Shown here: positions 24,770-37,372 of the stretch, in pieces | Layout: every line of letters begins with the position of its first letter | How positions within the stretch are numbered: the stretch's first letter is position 1 | Translations under genes and position numbers: made by a program | Notes under the pieces: generated by a model | Databases searched by the model: none | Seen by the model: only the letters and a program-made list of their open reading frames with translations | Told to the model about the DNA's origin: nothing | Assembly: GCA_038087875.1 (NCBI GenBank) | Contig: CM075988.1 | Span: forward strand, 1,116,001-1,180,000 | Length of the DNA stretch: 64,000 nucleotides | Direction: 5' to 3' | Origin: Malacoraja senta | Taxonomy: Eukaryota

Positions 24770-27700
24770 GGCCCTGGACACAGCATGCTGCCGCATCTTC
24801 GACTGCCTGGTCAGCTTGGACCAGGAGAAGGCCTTCGACAGGATATCACTCGTACTTGATGGACGTGCTCTCCAAAATGGGCTTTGGGGAGGGAATCAGG
24901 AATTGGATCCAACTCTACACATCTGTCGTGCAGTTCAAATTAATGGAAGATGGACTGGGACGGGCCACAATACACAAGTCAGCAACAACAGGGGTAAAAG
25001 CTTGCCCATCGTCGCCCTCACCCTGATGGCAACCTTCATGTGTGGCTGCATCAGGCGGAGCGTAGAGCCCGGGCACGTGGGCACAAAATGTCACTATCTG
25101 CTGAGGTTCCACCTGTCCCCAGTGTTGTGAAGGATGGGCCTGGCACAGATGCCACGAAATGTACCAGTCAGCTGGACATTGCCGCACCATCTGTCATTTG
25201 TGGAAAGGTTCTTCCGGACCAACATCTTTGACCACAAGTCCATTGAGCAGTGGTTAGATACATAGAAAATAGGTGCAGGAGTAGGCCATTCGGCCCTTCG
25301 AGCCTGCACCGCCATTCAATACGATCATGGCTGATCATCCAACTCAGTATCCCGTACCTGCCCTCTCCATACCCCCTGATCCCTTTAGCCACAAGGGCCA
25401 CATCTAATTCCCTCTTAAATATAGCCAATGAACTGGCCTCAACTACCCTCTGTGGCAGAGAGTTCCAGAGATTCACCACTCTCTGTGTGAAAAAGTTTTT
25501 CCTCATCTCGGTCTTAAAGGATTTCCCCCTTATCCTTAAGCTGTGACCCCTTGTCCTGGACTTCCCCAACATCGGGAACAATCTTCCTGCATCTAGCCTG
25601 TCCAACCCCATAAGAATTTTGTACGTTTCTATAAGATCCCCTCTCAATCTCCTAAATTCTAGCGAGTATAAGCCAAGTCTATCCAGTCTTTCTTCATATG
25701 AAAGTCCTGACATCCCAGGAATCAGTCTGGTGAACCTTCTCTGCACTCCCTCTATGGCTATAATGTCCTTCCTCAGATTTGGAGACCAAAACTGTACGCA
25801 ATACTCCAGGTGTGGTCTCACCAAGACCCTGTACAACTGCAGTAGAACCTCGCTGCTCCTATACTCAAATCCTCTTGCTATGAAGGCCAACATACCATTC
25901 GCTCTCTTCACTGCCTGCTGCACCTGCATGCCTACTTTCAATGACTGGTGTACCATGACACCCAGGTCTCGCTGCATCTCCCCATTTCCTAATCGGCCAC
26001 CATTTAGATAATAGTCTGCCTTCCCGTTTTTGCTACCAAAGTGGATAACCTCACATTTATCCACATTATACTGCATCTGCCAAACATTTGCCCACTCACC
26101 CAGCCTATCCAAGTCACCTTGCAGTCTCCTAGCATCCTCCTCACAGCTAACACTGCCCCCCAGCTTAGTGTCATCCGCAAACTTGGAGATGTTGCTTTCA
26201 ATTCCCTCGTCCAGATCATTAATATAAATTGTAAATAGCTGGGGTCCCAGCACTGAGCCTTGCGGTACCCCACTAGTCACTGCCTGCCATTGTGAAAAGG
26301 ACCCGTTTACTCCTACTCTTTGCTTCCTGTTTGCCAGCCAGTTCTCTATCCACATCAATACTGAACCCCCAATACCGTGTGATTTAAGTTTGTATCCAAA
26401 TCTCTTATGTGGTACCTTGTCGAAAGCCTTCTGAAAGTCCAGATACAACACATCCACTGGCTCTCCCCTATCCACTCTACTAGTTACATCCTCGAAAAAT
26501 TCTATAAGATTCGTCAGACACGATTTACCTTTCGTAAATCCATGCTGACTTTGTCCAATGATTTCACCACTTTCCAAATGTGCTGCTATCCCATCTTTAA
26601 TAACTGACTCTAGCAGTTTCCCCACTACCGATGTTAGACTAACTGGTCTGTAATTCCCCGTTTTCTCTCTCCCTCCCTTCTTAAAAAGTGGGGTTACGTT
26701 TGCTACCCTCCAATCCTCAGGAACTACTCCAGAATCTAAAGAGTTTTGAAAAATTATCACTAATGCATCCACTATTTCTGGAGCTACTTCCTTAAGTACT
26801 CTGGGATGCAGCCTATCTGGCCCTGGTGATTTATCGGCCTTTAATCCATTCAATTTACCCAACACCACTTCCCGACTAACCTGGATTTCACTCAGTTCCT
26901 CCATCTCCTTTGACCCGCGGCCCCCTGCTATTTCCGGCAGATTATTTATGTCTTCCTTAGTGAAGACGGAACCAAAGTAGTTATTCAATTGGTCTGCCAT
27001 ATCCTTGTTCCCCATGATCAATTCACCTGTTTCTGACTGCAAGGGACCTACATTTGATTTAACTAATCTCTTTCTCTTCACATATCTATAAAAACTTTTG
27101 CAGTCAGTTTTTATGTTCCCTGCCAGTTTCCTTTCATAATCTATTTTCCCTTTCCTAATTAAGCCCTTTGTCCTCCTCTGCTGGTCTCTGAATTTCTCCC
27201 AGTCCTCTGGTATGCTGCTTTTTCTGGCTAATTTGTACGCATCATCTTTTGCTTTGATACTATCCCTGATTTCCCTTGTTATCCACGGATGCACTACCTT
27301 CCTTGATTTATTCTTTTGCCAAACTGGGATGAACAATTTTTGTAGTTCATCCATGCAGTCTTTAAATGCCTTCCATTGCATATCCACCGTCAACCCTTTT
27401 AGAACTAATTGCCAGTCAATCTTGGCCAATTCACGTCTCATACCCTCAAAGTTACCTTTCTTTAAGTTCAGAACCGTTGTTTCTGAATTAACAATGTCAC
27501 TCTCCATCCTAATGAAGAACTCAACCATATTATGATCACTCTTGCCCAAGGGGGCACGCACAACAAGTCTGCTAACTAACCCTTCCTCATTACTCAATAC
27601 CCAGTCTAGAATAGCCTGCTCTCTCGTTGGTTCCTCTACATGTTGGTTTAGATAACTATCCCTCATACATTCCAAGAAATCCTCTTCCTCAGCACCCCTG

Positions 27701-29495
27701 CCAATTTGATTCACCCAATCTATATGTAGATTGAAGTCACCCATTATAACTGTTTTGCCTTTGTTGCATGCATTTCTAATTTCCTGTTTGATGCCATCCC
27801 CAACTTCACTACTACTGCTAGGTGGCCTGTACACAACACCCACCAGCGTTTTCTGCCCCTTAGTGTTTCGCAGCTCTACCCATACCGATTCCACATCCTC
27901 CAAGCTAATGTCCTTCCTTTCCACTGCGTTAATCTCCTCTCTAACCAGCAACGCTACCCCACCTCCTTTTCCTTTCTCTCTAACCCTCCTGAATATTGAA
28001 TATCCCTGGATGTTCAGCTCCCAGCCTTGGTCACCTTGGAGCCATGTCTCCGTGATCCCAACTATATCATAATCATTAATTGCTATCTGCACGTTCAACT
28101 CATCCACCTTATTACGAATGCTCCTTGCATTGAGACACAAAGCCTTCAGGCTTGTTTTTACAACGCTCTTACCCCTTATACAATTATGTTGAAAAGTGGC
28201 TCTTTTTGATTTTTGCCCTGGATTTGTCTGCCTGCCACTTTTACCTTTCACCTTGCTACCTATTGCTTCCGCCCGCATTTTACACCCCTCTGTTTCTCTG
28301 CTCACCCATTTAAGAACCCCACCACCTTTTATTCTCTGTTTATTATTGTTTTCTTCTTTCCCCCCTACATGTTGGGTCTGAGTGCTTTCCTTCTCTGCCT
28401 CCTGCCTCACACACTGTCTAATAGCATTCTCTATTTGAGTCCCTCCCCCCAACCATTCTAGTTTAAAGTCTCCCCAGTAGCCTTTGCAGATCTCCCCGCC
28501 AGGATATCGGTCCCCCTCAGGTTCAAGTGCAACCCATCCTTTTTGTACAGGTCGAACCTTCCACAAAAGAAGTCCCAATGATCCAGAAATTTGAATCCCT
28601 GCCTTCTGCACCAGTCCTTCAGCCACGCATTTATCCTCCACCTCGCTCCATTCCTACTCTCACTGTCGCGTGGTACAGGCAGTAATCCCGAGATTGTTAC
28701 CTTTGCTGGCCTTCTCTTTAACTCCCCTCCTAACTCCCTAAATTCTCCTTTCAGGACCTCTTCTCTTTTTTTACCTATGTCATTGGTACCTATATGTATC
28801 ACGACCTCGGGCTCCTCTCCCTGCCCTTTCAGGATGTCTTGGACACGTTGAGACACATCACAGACCCTGGCACCAGGGAGGCAAACTACCATCCGGGTCT
28901 CCCGACTGCGTCCACAGAATCGCCAGTTAGCACGGAACATCCTGCAGGCACTGCAGGGAAATGGCTCCATGGATCCTGTGGCGTGGTTCCCAGAGCAGAC
29001 TGCCCAGCTTGTCTGGTGAAATGCCTCATCGCCAGAACTCACCAAGACCTGGCTTGGCTGATGGTGAGGGGAGCCCTCTCAGTCAGATCCTTCCTGCACC
29101 TCACTACCAGCGCTCACTGCCCTCGGGATGGCTGTTTGGGGAGGTTTGCAAGGGTCCCTGCCACGATTTATTCCGAACAGCTCCATCACAGAGGACTCTA
29201 TGATTTACGGACTATTCCCAGGGACACATTCAGAGATGGACATCAAGTGTCACTGGAAGGTTATCAGCTTCCTTTGTTATCAAAGACGCCCTTTGGTCTG
29301 CCTGAGCTTTGTTGACCTTCCAGCAGAGCGAGATGTCCGTCGGGTAATGTTGCTGACTCGCATACACAATTGTATGATTTGAGTAAACAGTGTTGAATGT
29401 ATGTATAGCCTCCGAGAATGATGGGCACATTTTTTTGCATTGTTCCTGTATTGTACATATTTTCTACTGAATCAAATTTATTTCAATTTTTAAAA
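24770..29495 (+). mobile_element. Tx1/L1-clade LINE remnant (24770-25257 and 28931-29495), heavily deleted and split by a CR1
   Basis: SLDQEKAFDRIS RT motif; HQDLAWL..RGAL.VRSFLH...CPRDGC zinc-knuckle region; sequence rejoins across the GTTAG TSD. Confidence 0.75.
25258..28925 (-). mobile_element. Chimeric CR1 LINE: family-B ORF1 3' half and linker (28305-28925) joined to an almost intact family-A ORF2 (EN plus RT)
   Basis: 1157-aa open frame with [34 protein letters not shown] and FADD. ORF1 esterase motifs (HIGTND, DGLHLN) in 28458-28925. TSD GTTAG at 25253-25257 and 28926-28930. A small deletion near the 3' end frameshifts the last codons. Confidence 0.9.
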
Positions 29496-32034
29496 ATTCT
29501 TAGATTAAACATAGAGCAGGTGCAGCACAGCAACGGCCCTACAGCCCACAATGTCAGTGCCCAACATGATGGCACGCCCAACTAATCTCTTCGCCTGCAC
29601 TCTAAACATTTGAATTATTCGCAATAGTGATTATATTTGTTGCATTGTGAGACGTCGCAGCACCGACAACCCCCAAATATATTGGCAATATGTTTTTATT
29701 TTCTTGTACAAATCAGGTGTTGCAAATAAAGTCAACACGACGGCCATGTGGTTCACTCCGCACGCCCCTTCACAAGGAGGAAGTAAGGTTTGATCGACAC
29801 TCTGAAGGAAGAGGGATGTGGTGATTTGTTGGGGTCTAGGCTTGAGGTAGGGTCTAGGCTTGTGAATGTCCCCCCAGTGCAGCCTTGTCCTTTAGGTGGG
29901 TGGAGGACATGTGAGAGCTGCTAAACAAAGCCATGACATCATCTAGGTGGTGTCCTGCAGCCCGGGAACACTGTGGACAGTGATGGTCTATGTTGAGGAA
30001 GGTGTAGGTGTAAGGTGAGGCCCTGTGTGGTGCCAGACTCCCGAATGTCCTTCGAGCTGCACTCGTTCAAGTACGTTGAGAGCCGGCCATCACTGCCGGC
30101 CATGGGAATGGTCCGGCTAGTCGGTGGGAACTCACTCGCAGGCTGCAGAATATCCGGCAGCTTCAAGTTGTGATCACAGTATCTTTGTCACTGGTCCAGT
30201 TACATTTCTGGTTAAAGACGACCTCAGGATGCTGTTAGTGAGCAACAAGGAGGTGCTGGGGGAACCCAGCCGTCAGGCAGTGTCGTGGAGAATGGACAGT
30301 CAGAGCCTCTGGTCAGGGCCTTCACCTGGGATGCCTCAACTATCAGTATTTGTGGCAATTCCCCCAGAACCCCTTTACTGGAGACCTGCATTTCCAGCGT
30401 AGCTAATTGCTGAGCCTTTTCTCAGCTCTTTGTTCTCCAACGACATGGCTGAAACAATGTCTCTAGGTCTCTAATCTGATACTGACCACAGCGGAGCAGA
30501 TTAACGGTGAGTCAGTGCAGTGTGTTTGCACTGCCTCTCACTCCGCTGCTGGCTGCTGGACGACTGGCGGGGAGTAGTTGCAGATAGAATCTGTCCTGTA
30601 TTCAGTAGACAGGACACTCACAGGCAAGTTAACACCCTACAGTCAGTGTGCTGGAACAACCCTAGTTAAACCAGCATATGCAGTTCCGTCCTACACATTC
30701 TATCTACCCTAGCTACACGTCAGGCTCATGTTGAGCGCAAGGCTCCAGTGCTCCCCGAGCATCCCTCTCCTGTCCTTTGAAATGTCTTTTGAAAGTCATA
30801 ATTGTATCTGTTTCTATAGGTTCCTCTGGCAGTTCCAGATTTGGACCATCCTCTGAGTAAAATAGTTGCCCCTGAGAATCGTCTTAAATCCCTCCCCTCT
30901 CACCTTCAGCCTATGGTCTCAAATTGAAGAACCATCCACCCTGGACAAAAATTGTAACTATTCAATGTATCCATGCCCTTCACCACCTTCACACATCAAC
31001 AACAACCTTCATTCCAAAAAAACACTTCCACCCTATTCAACCACTCCCCATAACTAAAGCCCACAAGAACTCAAACCCAACACCAAACTCGGTCTTTGAT
31101 CAATGATCTTGCAAACCTTTGTGCTTTGGACATGGAGAGCCTTCAGTCAGTCCCTCCAAACATCAACACCGTGGCCACAAAACCTGCCAGATGCATTGGC
31201 AGAAGCAGCAAATGCCAGCGTCCTGTCCCCAGCCAATATCACCATCACTTGACTGATTTCCGTGGATGGGTCCGACAATAAAACTACAATAATCCACCCT
31301 CCAGCCACCCACAAACCCAAGTAGAATATTGACTGGTTGCACCAACGCCCAGGACCAAAGAAGACTGCAAAAAGAGGTGAACACTGCCTAGTCCATCACG
31401 GGTACTGACCTCCTCACCATCAAAGGGATTTACAGGAGTCATAAGGTCATGTGATAGGAGTAGAATTAGGCCACTCGGCCCATCAAGTCTACTCCGCCAT
31501 ACAATAATAGCTGATCTATCTCTCCCTCCTAACCCTATTCTTCTGCCTTCTCCCAATAACCTCTGACACCTGTACTAATCAAGATCTATCTATCTCTGCC
31601 TTAAAAATATCCACTGACGGCCTCCACAGCTTCCTGTGGCAAAGAATTCCACAGATTCACCACCCTCTGACTAAATAAATTTCTCCTCATCTCCTTCATT
31701 AAAGAACATCATTAATACTGAGGCTATGACCTCTAGTCCTAGACTCTCCCACTAGTAGAAACATCCTCTCCACATCCACTCTATCCAAGCCTTTCACTAT
31801 TATGTACGTTTCAATGAGGTCCCCCTCATTCTTCTAAACTACAGTGAGTACAGGTCCAGTGCTGACAAACACTCATCATAGGTTAACCCACTCATTCCTG
31901 GGATCATTCTTGTAAACCTCCTCTCGACCCTCTACAGCGCCAGCACATCCTTCCTCAGATATGATGCCCATAATTGTTCACCTTACCGGCACCTTATAGA
32001 GCCTCAACATTATATCTCTTGCAATAAATGCTAG

Positions 32035-32267
32035 TGTAGGATCTACTGAATCCCACGACAGAAAGCAAAGAACAAACGAGCCAGAAACCTTCAGTCACGT
32101 TTATTCCAGAAGTCCCTTTTACCTATGTTCTCACCAATCATAACGCGTGTGCAGATAAGGCCATGTCTGATCTTGGAGTTGTTATTGAGCTCATGTGGCT
32201 GGAGCTTCTCGTGAAGCTGCTGCTGACAGGCTGTATGCAAAACCAACGTGGGCTTGTAGGCGCAACA
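32035..32267 (-). mobile_element. Solo LTR inserted into the CR1
   Basis: TGT...ACA termini, 4-bp TSD CTAG at 32031-32034 and 32268-32271, AATAAA on the minus strand (~32100). The CR1 rejoins as aataaatgctagcatt. Confidence 0.8.
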
Positions 32268-33198
32268 CTAGCATTACATTTACTTTTGTTACTATCGATT
32301 CGACTTGCTGTTGAACTCTTTGGGAATCCTGCACCAAAACTCCCAAGTCCCTTTGCACCTACGATTTCTGGATTCTCTCCCCATTTTGAAAATAGTCTAC
32401 GCCTTTATTCTTACTACCAATACACATTGCTACACTATATTCCATCTGCTACTTCTCTGCCCACTCTACCAACCTGTTCAAATCCTTCCGCAGAGTCCCT
32501 GATTTCTCTACACTATCTGCCCTTCCATCTATTTTTTTATCATCCACAAACTTGGCCACAAAGCCTTCAATCCCCTCGTCCAAATCATTAATATACAACG
32601 TGAAGAGTAGTGACCCTTGAGGAACTCCACTAGTCACAGGCAGCCAACCAGAAAAAGTCCCCATTATTGCCACTCTTTGTCTTCTGACATCCAGCCAATC
32701 TACTTTCCATGCTAGTATCTGTGATACTATGCATAGTTTGATACCATGGGCTCTCATATTCCTTAGCAGCCTCACGTGTGGCACCTTATCAAAGGCTTTC
32801 TGAAAATCTAGGCAGGCCCTATCAGAGGGGGGGCAATGAGTGCCATTTGGCATGGGCCTCATGCCTGTCTGCTTCAAAGGGATCTTGGTTTAGGGGCCTG
32901 TAGATGAGATATGCATGTGCCTTTAACATAGTGACCTCATACCTACTAACCACTCCCCATATCACAAGTATATCTACAACCTCCCCACCCACAGGTCGCT
33001 CTCTAGTTCCTGTGACAGACCACGTACAGCTAGTGCAATGTGTAATGCTCCAGTATGAATAAAGATAGTAAAGTAACGATGCCTCGTTATAGATTCTTTA
33101 CATGGTGTCGAATAACTTACCTTGCGCCTCCTGTTTATCGGTTTATCATTTAATTTTGTCCCAGTTTTTTGTTTCCCCCGCCCTCCTATTTCTTTGTC

Positions 33199-34075
33199 AT
33201 GGCCTCTTCTGCCCGTAAGCCCGATGTGCTCGTTTTCAATTTAGACATCGCCCTTCGATGGGACGTATTCAAACGTGACTTTGAACACTATTTCACGATC
33301 GCTCATCCTGCCGCCACCGCCGATCTCAAAGCCTCTCTGCTTCTCAACTTGGCTGGTCCCGAGGCCCTGACTCGCTCTGACTTCTTCGTCTACGCTGATG
33401 GCGAATCAGCTCGGGACCCGGTATGTCTGGTGGCTAAGTTTGATGCTATTTGTGATATTCCGACAAATTGCATCTTAGAACGTTTTAAACTGTTCGCGCG
33501 GCGTCAGCTCCCTGGGGAATCTGCTGAGAACTATGTCATTGCGCTGCGGCACCTCGGCAGGCGCTGCCGCCTCCACGCGTGGAACCCCGATGAGATTCTC
33601 AGGGACCTTCTGGTTTACGGTCTCCATGATGAGAAGCTCAGGGCCGAACTTCTGCGCAAGCCGGATCTGACTTTAACCGATGCTATGCACGCTACTCGCT
33701 TAGCTGAAGCTGTTTCCTCGGCGGCGGCGCCGGCTGAACAGGCGATCAACTTTGCCAGCACTCCCAGTCATCTCATAAACACACCCCAGTCGCGACCCCC
33801 GGGGTCGCTCGCTGCTCGAGGGGGACGCGCCCCGGGGTTCGGTGCTGCTACAGGGGGAGGTACCCGGCAAAGGTGCCCTAATTGCAACTTCACGACTCAT
33901 CAATACAATGTGTGCCCTGCCTTGGGTAAAACGTGTAATGTCTGCAAAAAAATTGAACCATTTTGCTGCGGCTTGTCGTTCCCGTGGGAAGCCTGTCGCT
34001 GCTCGAAGGGGAAATTTAAACAACTTTCTACAAGCTGACAGTGCGCTCAGCTCCCAGTGTTATTTCGATGAATAG
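33199..34075 (+). CDS. gag: Gag of Gypsy #2; +1 frameshift in an A7 run (33946-33952) within the second zinc knuckle, then TAG at 34073-34075
   Basis: MASSARKPDVLVF...LLRKPDLTL...CPNCNFTTHQYNVC..GKTCNVCKK|LNHFAAAC. Confidence 0.85.
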
Positions 34076-37000
34076 TCTGTTTCTGCATCTGACTCCTCTC
34101 AGGGGGAGACCAACTTGTTTACCGTGTTGGACGCACCTGCTATGATAACGGACCCTTCTGTGCTAGTCACTGTGAACAACTCGACCTTCACTGCTACGAT
34201 TGACACGGGGGCTGTGGCCAACGTAATGTCAACATCTCTTTTCAACCAGATAAGAACTAATGAGCAGATATTTTCCCAGAACTCAACCTTGCATGCCTAC
34301 GGTGGGGAGATTCTTACTCCTGTGGGCAAGGCCACGCTACGCTGTAAGATACTAGAGACCTCTCGGCCCCTCACCTTCTATCTCCTCGATCAAAAATGCA
34401 TTCCCCTGCTGGGGATCCGGGCATGCCAGGAAATGGGACTGGTGTACTTCCACCGTGACATCCACCAGGTGCAGACTCTTATGGACCCGCTGGCCGATTA
34501 TCCCGACCGCTTTGATGATAAGCTAGGCAAACTACCCTGCAGCTACAAGATTGTAGTGGACCGTAAGATCGTTCCTGTGGTCCATGCTCCTCACCGTGTC
34601 TCCTTCGCCATGAGGGACAGAGTGGAGGCGACACTACACAGTATGGTACAAATGGGCATCCTAAAGGCGGTCGTCGAGCCCACCAGCTGGGTCTCTTCCA
34701 TGGTTGTTGCTGCTAAAAAGGACATGAGCGAGATACGCATCTGCATCAACCCCAAAGACCTCAACCTGGCCATTAGACGCCCTCACTACCCTATGAGAAC
34801 GGTGGAAGAAGTCGCTGCACAGGTTGGTCCAGCAACGGTTTTTTCTGTCCTCGATGCCAAAAGCTCCTTCTGGCAGATACCACTGGACGAGCGGTCGTCC
34901 ATTTTGACAACTTTCGCCACCCCCTACGGAAGGTTTCGGTTCCTCCGAATGCCATTCGGAATCAACTCTGCCAGCGAGGTATTTCAGCGGACAATGGAGC
35001 AGTTGTTTTTAGGTCTACCATGCGCCATAATTGTTGACGACATCCTCGTTTACGGTAAGGACGTTGCCGAACACGATGTCAACCTCCGCCAGGTCCTGGA
35101 CCGGGCCCGGCAAATCAACTTGAAACTGAACCCCAAGAAGTGCCGATTCCGCGTCCCGGAGGTCACCTATGTTGGACATGTATTCACCGCTGAGGGGTTA
35201 AAGCCAGACCCGCAGAAAACGGCTGCCATTTCAGGGATGCCCCCTCCTACCAATGTGGCAGGCCTGCAACGCTTCCTAGGCTTGGTAAACTACCTGGGGA
35301 AGTTCATCCCCGACCTCAGCGAGCTCAGCGCTCCCCTGAGGGATCTGATAAAAAAGGACACGTCCTGGCTTTGGTTATCCAACCATCAGAAGGCATTCGA
35401 CATTCTTAAGTCTAAGCTGATCAGCACCCCCATGCTCAAGTTCTTTGACCTGCAGCGTCCCATTGTCCTCACCTGCGACGCCTCTCAGTTCGGACTCGGT
35501 GCCGCCTGTCTCCAGGTCCATGACGGCCTGCAGCTGCCTGTCTCCTTCGCGTCCCGCACAATGACCGCCACCGAACAGCACTACGCGCAGATCGAGAAGG
35601 AGCTACTGGCCGTGGTGTTTGCCTGCTCCAAATTCCGGGACTACATCGTGGGCAACACTTTCACCGTTGAAACTGACCATCAGCCACTTGTCACCATCCT
35701 CAACAAGTCGATCCATGTGGCCTCATCACGCCTGCAGCGCATGCTGCTGCAGCTCCAGCGCTTCACGTTCACGGTGGTTTATCGTAAGGGCAAGGACATG
35801 TTCGTGGCCGACACGTTGTCTCGCGCCCCGCTGACGTCCACCGCTCGCCACCAATATGAAATGTCTGAGCTATTGGTGCTACAATTGAACATCGTCCCCT
35901 CACAGCAGATGAAGTCCCTGGTTGAACACACTACCAATGACCCTGCCCTGCAACAGCTGTCTGCCGTCATCCGGCAGGGCTGGCCTGACCGTCGTTCGGC
36001 ACTGCCGGCTGGTGCCGTGCCCTACTTCCTGGTCCGTGACGAGCTCGTACTGCACGACGGCGTGGTGGTGAAGGGTCACAAGGTGGTCGTGCCCGCGGCG
36101 CTGCACGACCACTATTTTCAAGTCGCTCACCGCGGTCATCCTGGGGCCGAAGCCACCGTGTCTCTCGCCAGGAGCCAGTTCTATTGGCCGGATATGGCCA
36201 AATACATCCGGGAGAGGGTCTCCTCGTGTTCCACCTGCAACAGCCTCGCCCCCCACCAGCAGCGTCAGCCGCTTCTGCAGCAGCCCGCGCCCGAACTGCC
36301 CTGGATGGCGCTTGCCGCCGACATTTTCGAGTGGCGGGGCAAACACTTCCTGGTTCTCGTTGACTCCTACTCCAGCTGGTTTGTGGTCGACCGGCTGCAT
36401 TCCATAACCTCTTCGGCCGTCATCGATAGGTTGTACCCTCATTTTGGCACTTTTGGCCCCCCGGCAAGCCTGCAATCGGACAATGGCAGCCAGTTCACGA
36501 GCTCCGAGTTTAAAGCGTTCGCTTCCAGATGGAACTTCCGCCATTTCACCAGCAGCCCGGAGTACCCGCAAAGCAACGGTTTGGCCGAGCGCGCAGTCCG
36601 CAGAGCGAAGCACCTGTTGGAACAGTGTGGTGGCATTAACTCCGACTTCCATCTGGCCCTCCTCAACCTTCGGAACATTTCCCGCGACTCTGCCCTGGGT
36701 TCACCTGCTCAGCGGCTCATGTCTCGCGCTACCAGACTCCCGCTCCCTGTGGCCCAGCGCTCCCTCATACCCTCCATCCTCCCACCTGCGGCGGTTCAGA
36801 AACGCATTGCCTTCAGGCACGACGTCCAAAAGCGTTCCCATGACAGGTCCTGCCACCCGCTGCCGCGCCTCTTCCCCGGTCAAGTTGTCCGTATGCAGAC
36901 CGCTCCCGGTCACTCCAAGCTCGCTACCGTCGTCGGCTCTGCGGGGTCGCCCAGGTCCTATCTCGTCGACCACGCTGGAGCCATTTACCGACGGTCCCGC

Positions 37001-37372
37001 CAGCACCTTCGGCTCGTCAACGAGCCGCGTCCTCCTGCCGCGGATCCCTTTGCTCCCCCACTGCCTGTTTCACGTCAGGGCGTTGCTCTGTCCGTCCTTC
37101 CTGACATGCAACGTTCTGCTCCTCCTCAGCCCCTTCCGTTCCACCCCGCTCCGACTAGTCCTCGCTCGCCTGCCCGCGCTCTTCCCGGTCCTGATCTCGC
37201 ATCACCTCCGGGTTCGGTGCCGCGGTCTCCTCCGTCTCCTCCCGTTTCCCCCTTTCAGGTTCGTCTGTCCCCGCCGGTGCCTCTTCCTCCTGCAGGAAGG
37301 GTGGATGGCGAGACGCGAACCCGGGCGGGACGTCTTGTCAAACCGCCTGACCGCTATGGCGATTTTGTTTAA
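34076..37372 (+). CDS. pol: Pol of Gypsy #2: protease, RT, RNase H, integrase and Pro-rich tail, uninterrupted
   Basis: DTGA; RICINP..LN; LDAKSSFWQI; IIVDD; CDASQFG...YAQIEKE...TDHQPL; HRGHPG...CSTC; DIF...SDNG...SNGLAER; ends RTRAGRLVKPPDRYGDFV. Confidence 0.95.
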   Translation, partial: SVSASDSSQGETNLFTVLDAPAMITDPSVLVTVNNSTFTATIDTGAVANVMSTSLFNQIRTNEQIFSQNSTLHAYGGEILTPVGKATLRCKILETSRPLTFYLLDQKCIPLLGIRACQEMGLVYFHRDIHQVQTLMDPLADYPDRFDDKLGKLPCSYKIVVDRKIVPVVHAPHRVSFAMRDRVEATLHSMVQMGILKAVVEPTSWVSSMVVAAKKDMSEIRICINPKDLNLAIRRPHYPMRTVEEVAAQVGPATVFSVLDAKSSFWQIPLDERSSILTTFATPYGRFRFLRMPFGINSASEVFQRTMEQLFLGLPCAIIVDDILVYGKDVAEHDVNLRQVLDRARQINLKLNPKKCRFRVPEVTYVGHVFTAEGLKPDPQKTAAISGMPPPTNVAGLQRFLGLVNYLGKFIPDLSELSAPLRDLIKKDTSWLWLSNHQKAFDILKSKLISTPMLKFFDLQRPIVLTCDASQFGLGAACLQVHDGLQLPVSFASRTMTATEQHYAQIEKELLAVVFACSKFRDYIVGNTFTVETDHQPLVTILNKSIHVASSRLQRMLLQLQRFTFTVVYRKGKDMFVADTLSRAPLTSTARHQYEMSELLVLQLNIVPSQQMKSLVEHTTNDPALQQLSAVIRQGWPDRRSALPAGAVPYFLVRDELVLHDGVVVKGHKVVVPAALHDHYFQVAHRGHPGAEATVSLARSQFYWPDMAKYIRERVSSCSTCNSLAPHQQRQPLLQQPAPELPWMALAADIFEWRGKHFLVLVDSYSSWFVVDRLHSITSSAVIDRLYPHFGTFGPPASLQSDNGSQFTSSEFKAFASRWNFRHFTSSPEYPQSNGLAERAVRRAKHLLEQCGGINSDFHLALLNLRNISRDSALGSPAQRLMSRATRLPLPVAQRSLIPSILPPAAVQKRIAFRHDVQKRSHDRSCHPLPRLFPGQVVRMQTAPGHSKLATVVGSAGSPRSYLVDHAGAIYRRSRQHLRLVNEPRPPAADPFAPPLPVSRQGVALSVLPDMQRSAPPQPLPFHPAPTSPRSPARALPGPDLASPPGSVPRSPPSPPVSPFQVRLSPPVPLPPAGRVDGETRTRAGRLVKPPDRYGDFV

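Noticed and set aside
33946..33952. Programmed ribosomal frameshift in Gypsy #2
   Set aside because: The shift falls inside a zinc knuckle, needs +1, and the related elements read CKKLNHF in frame; mutation or homopolymer error is more likely.
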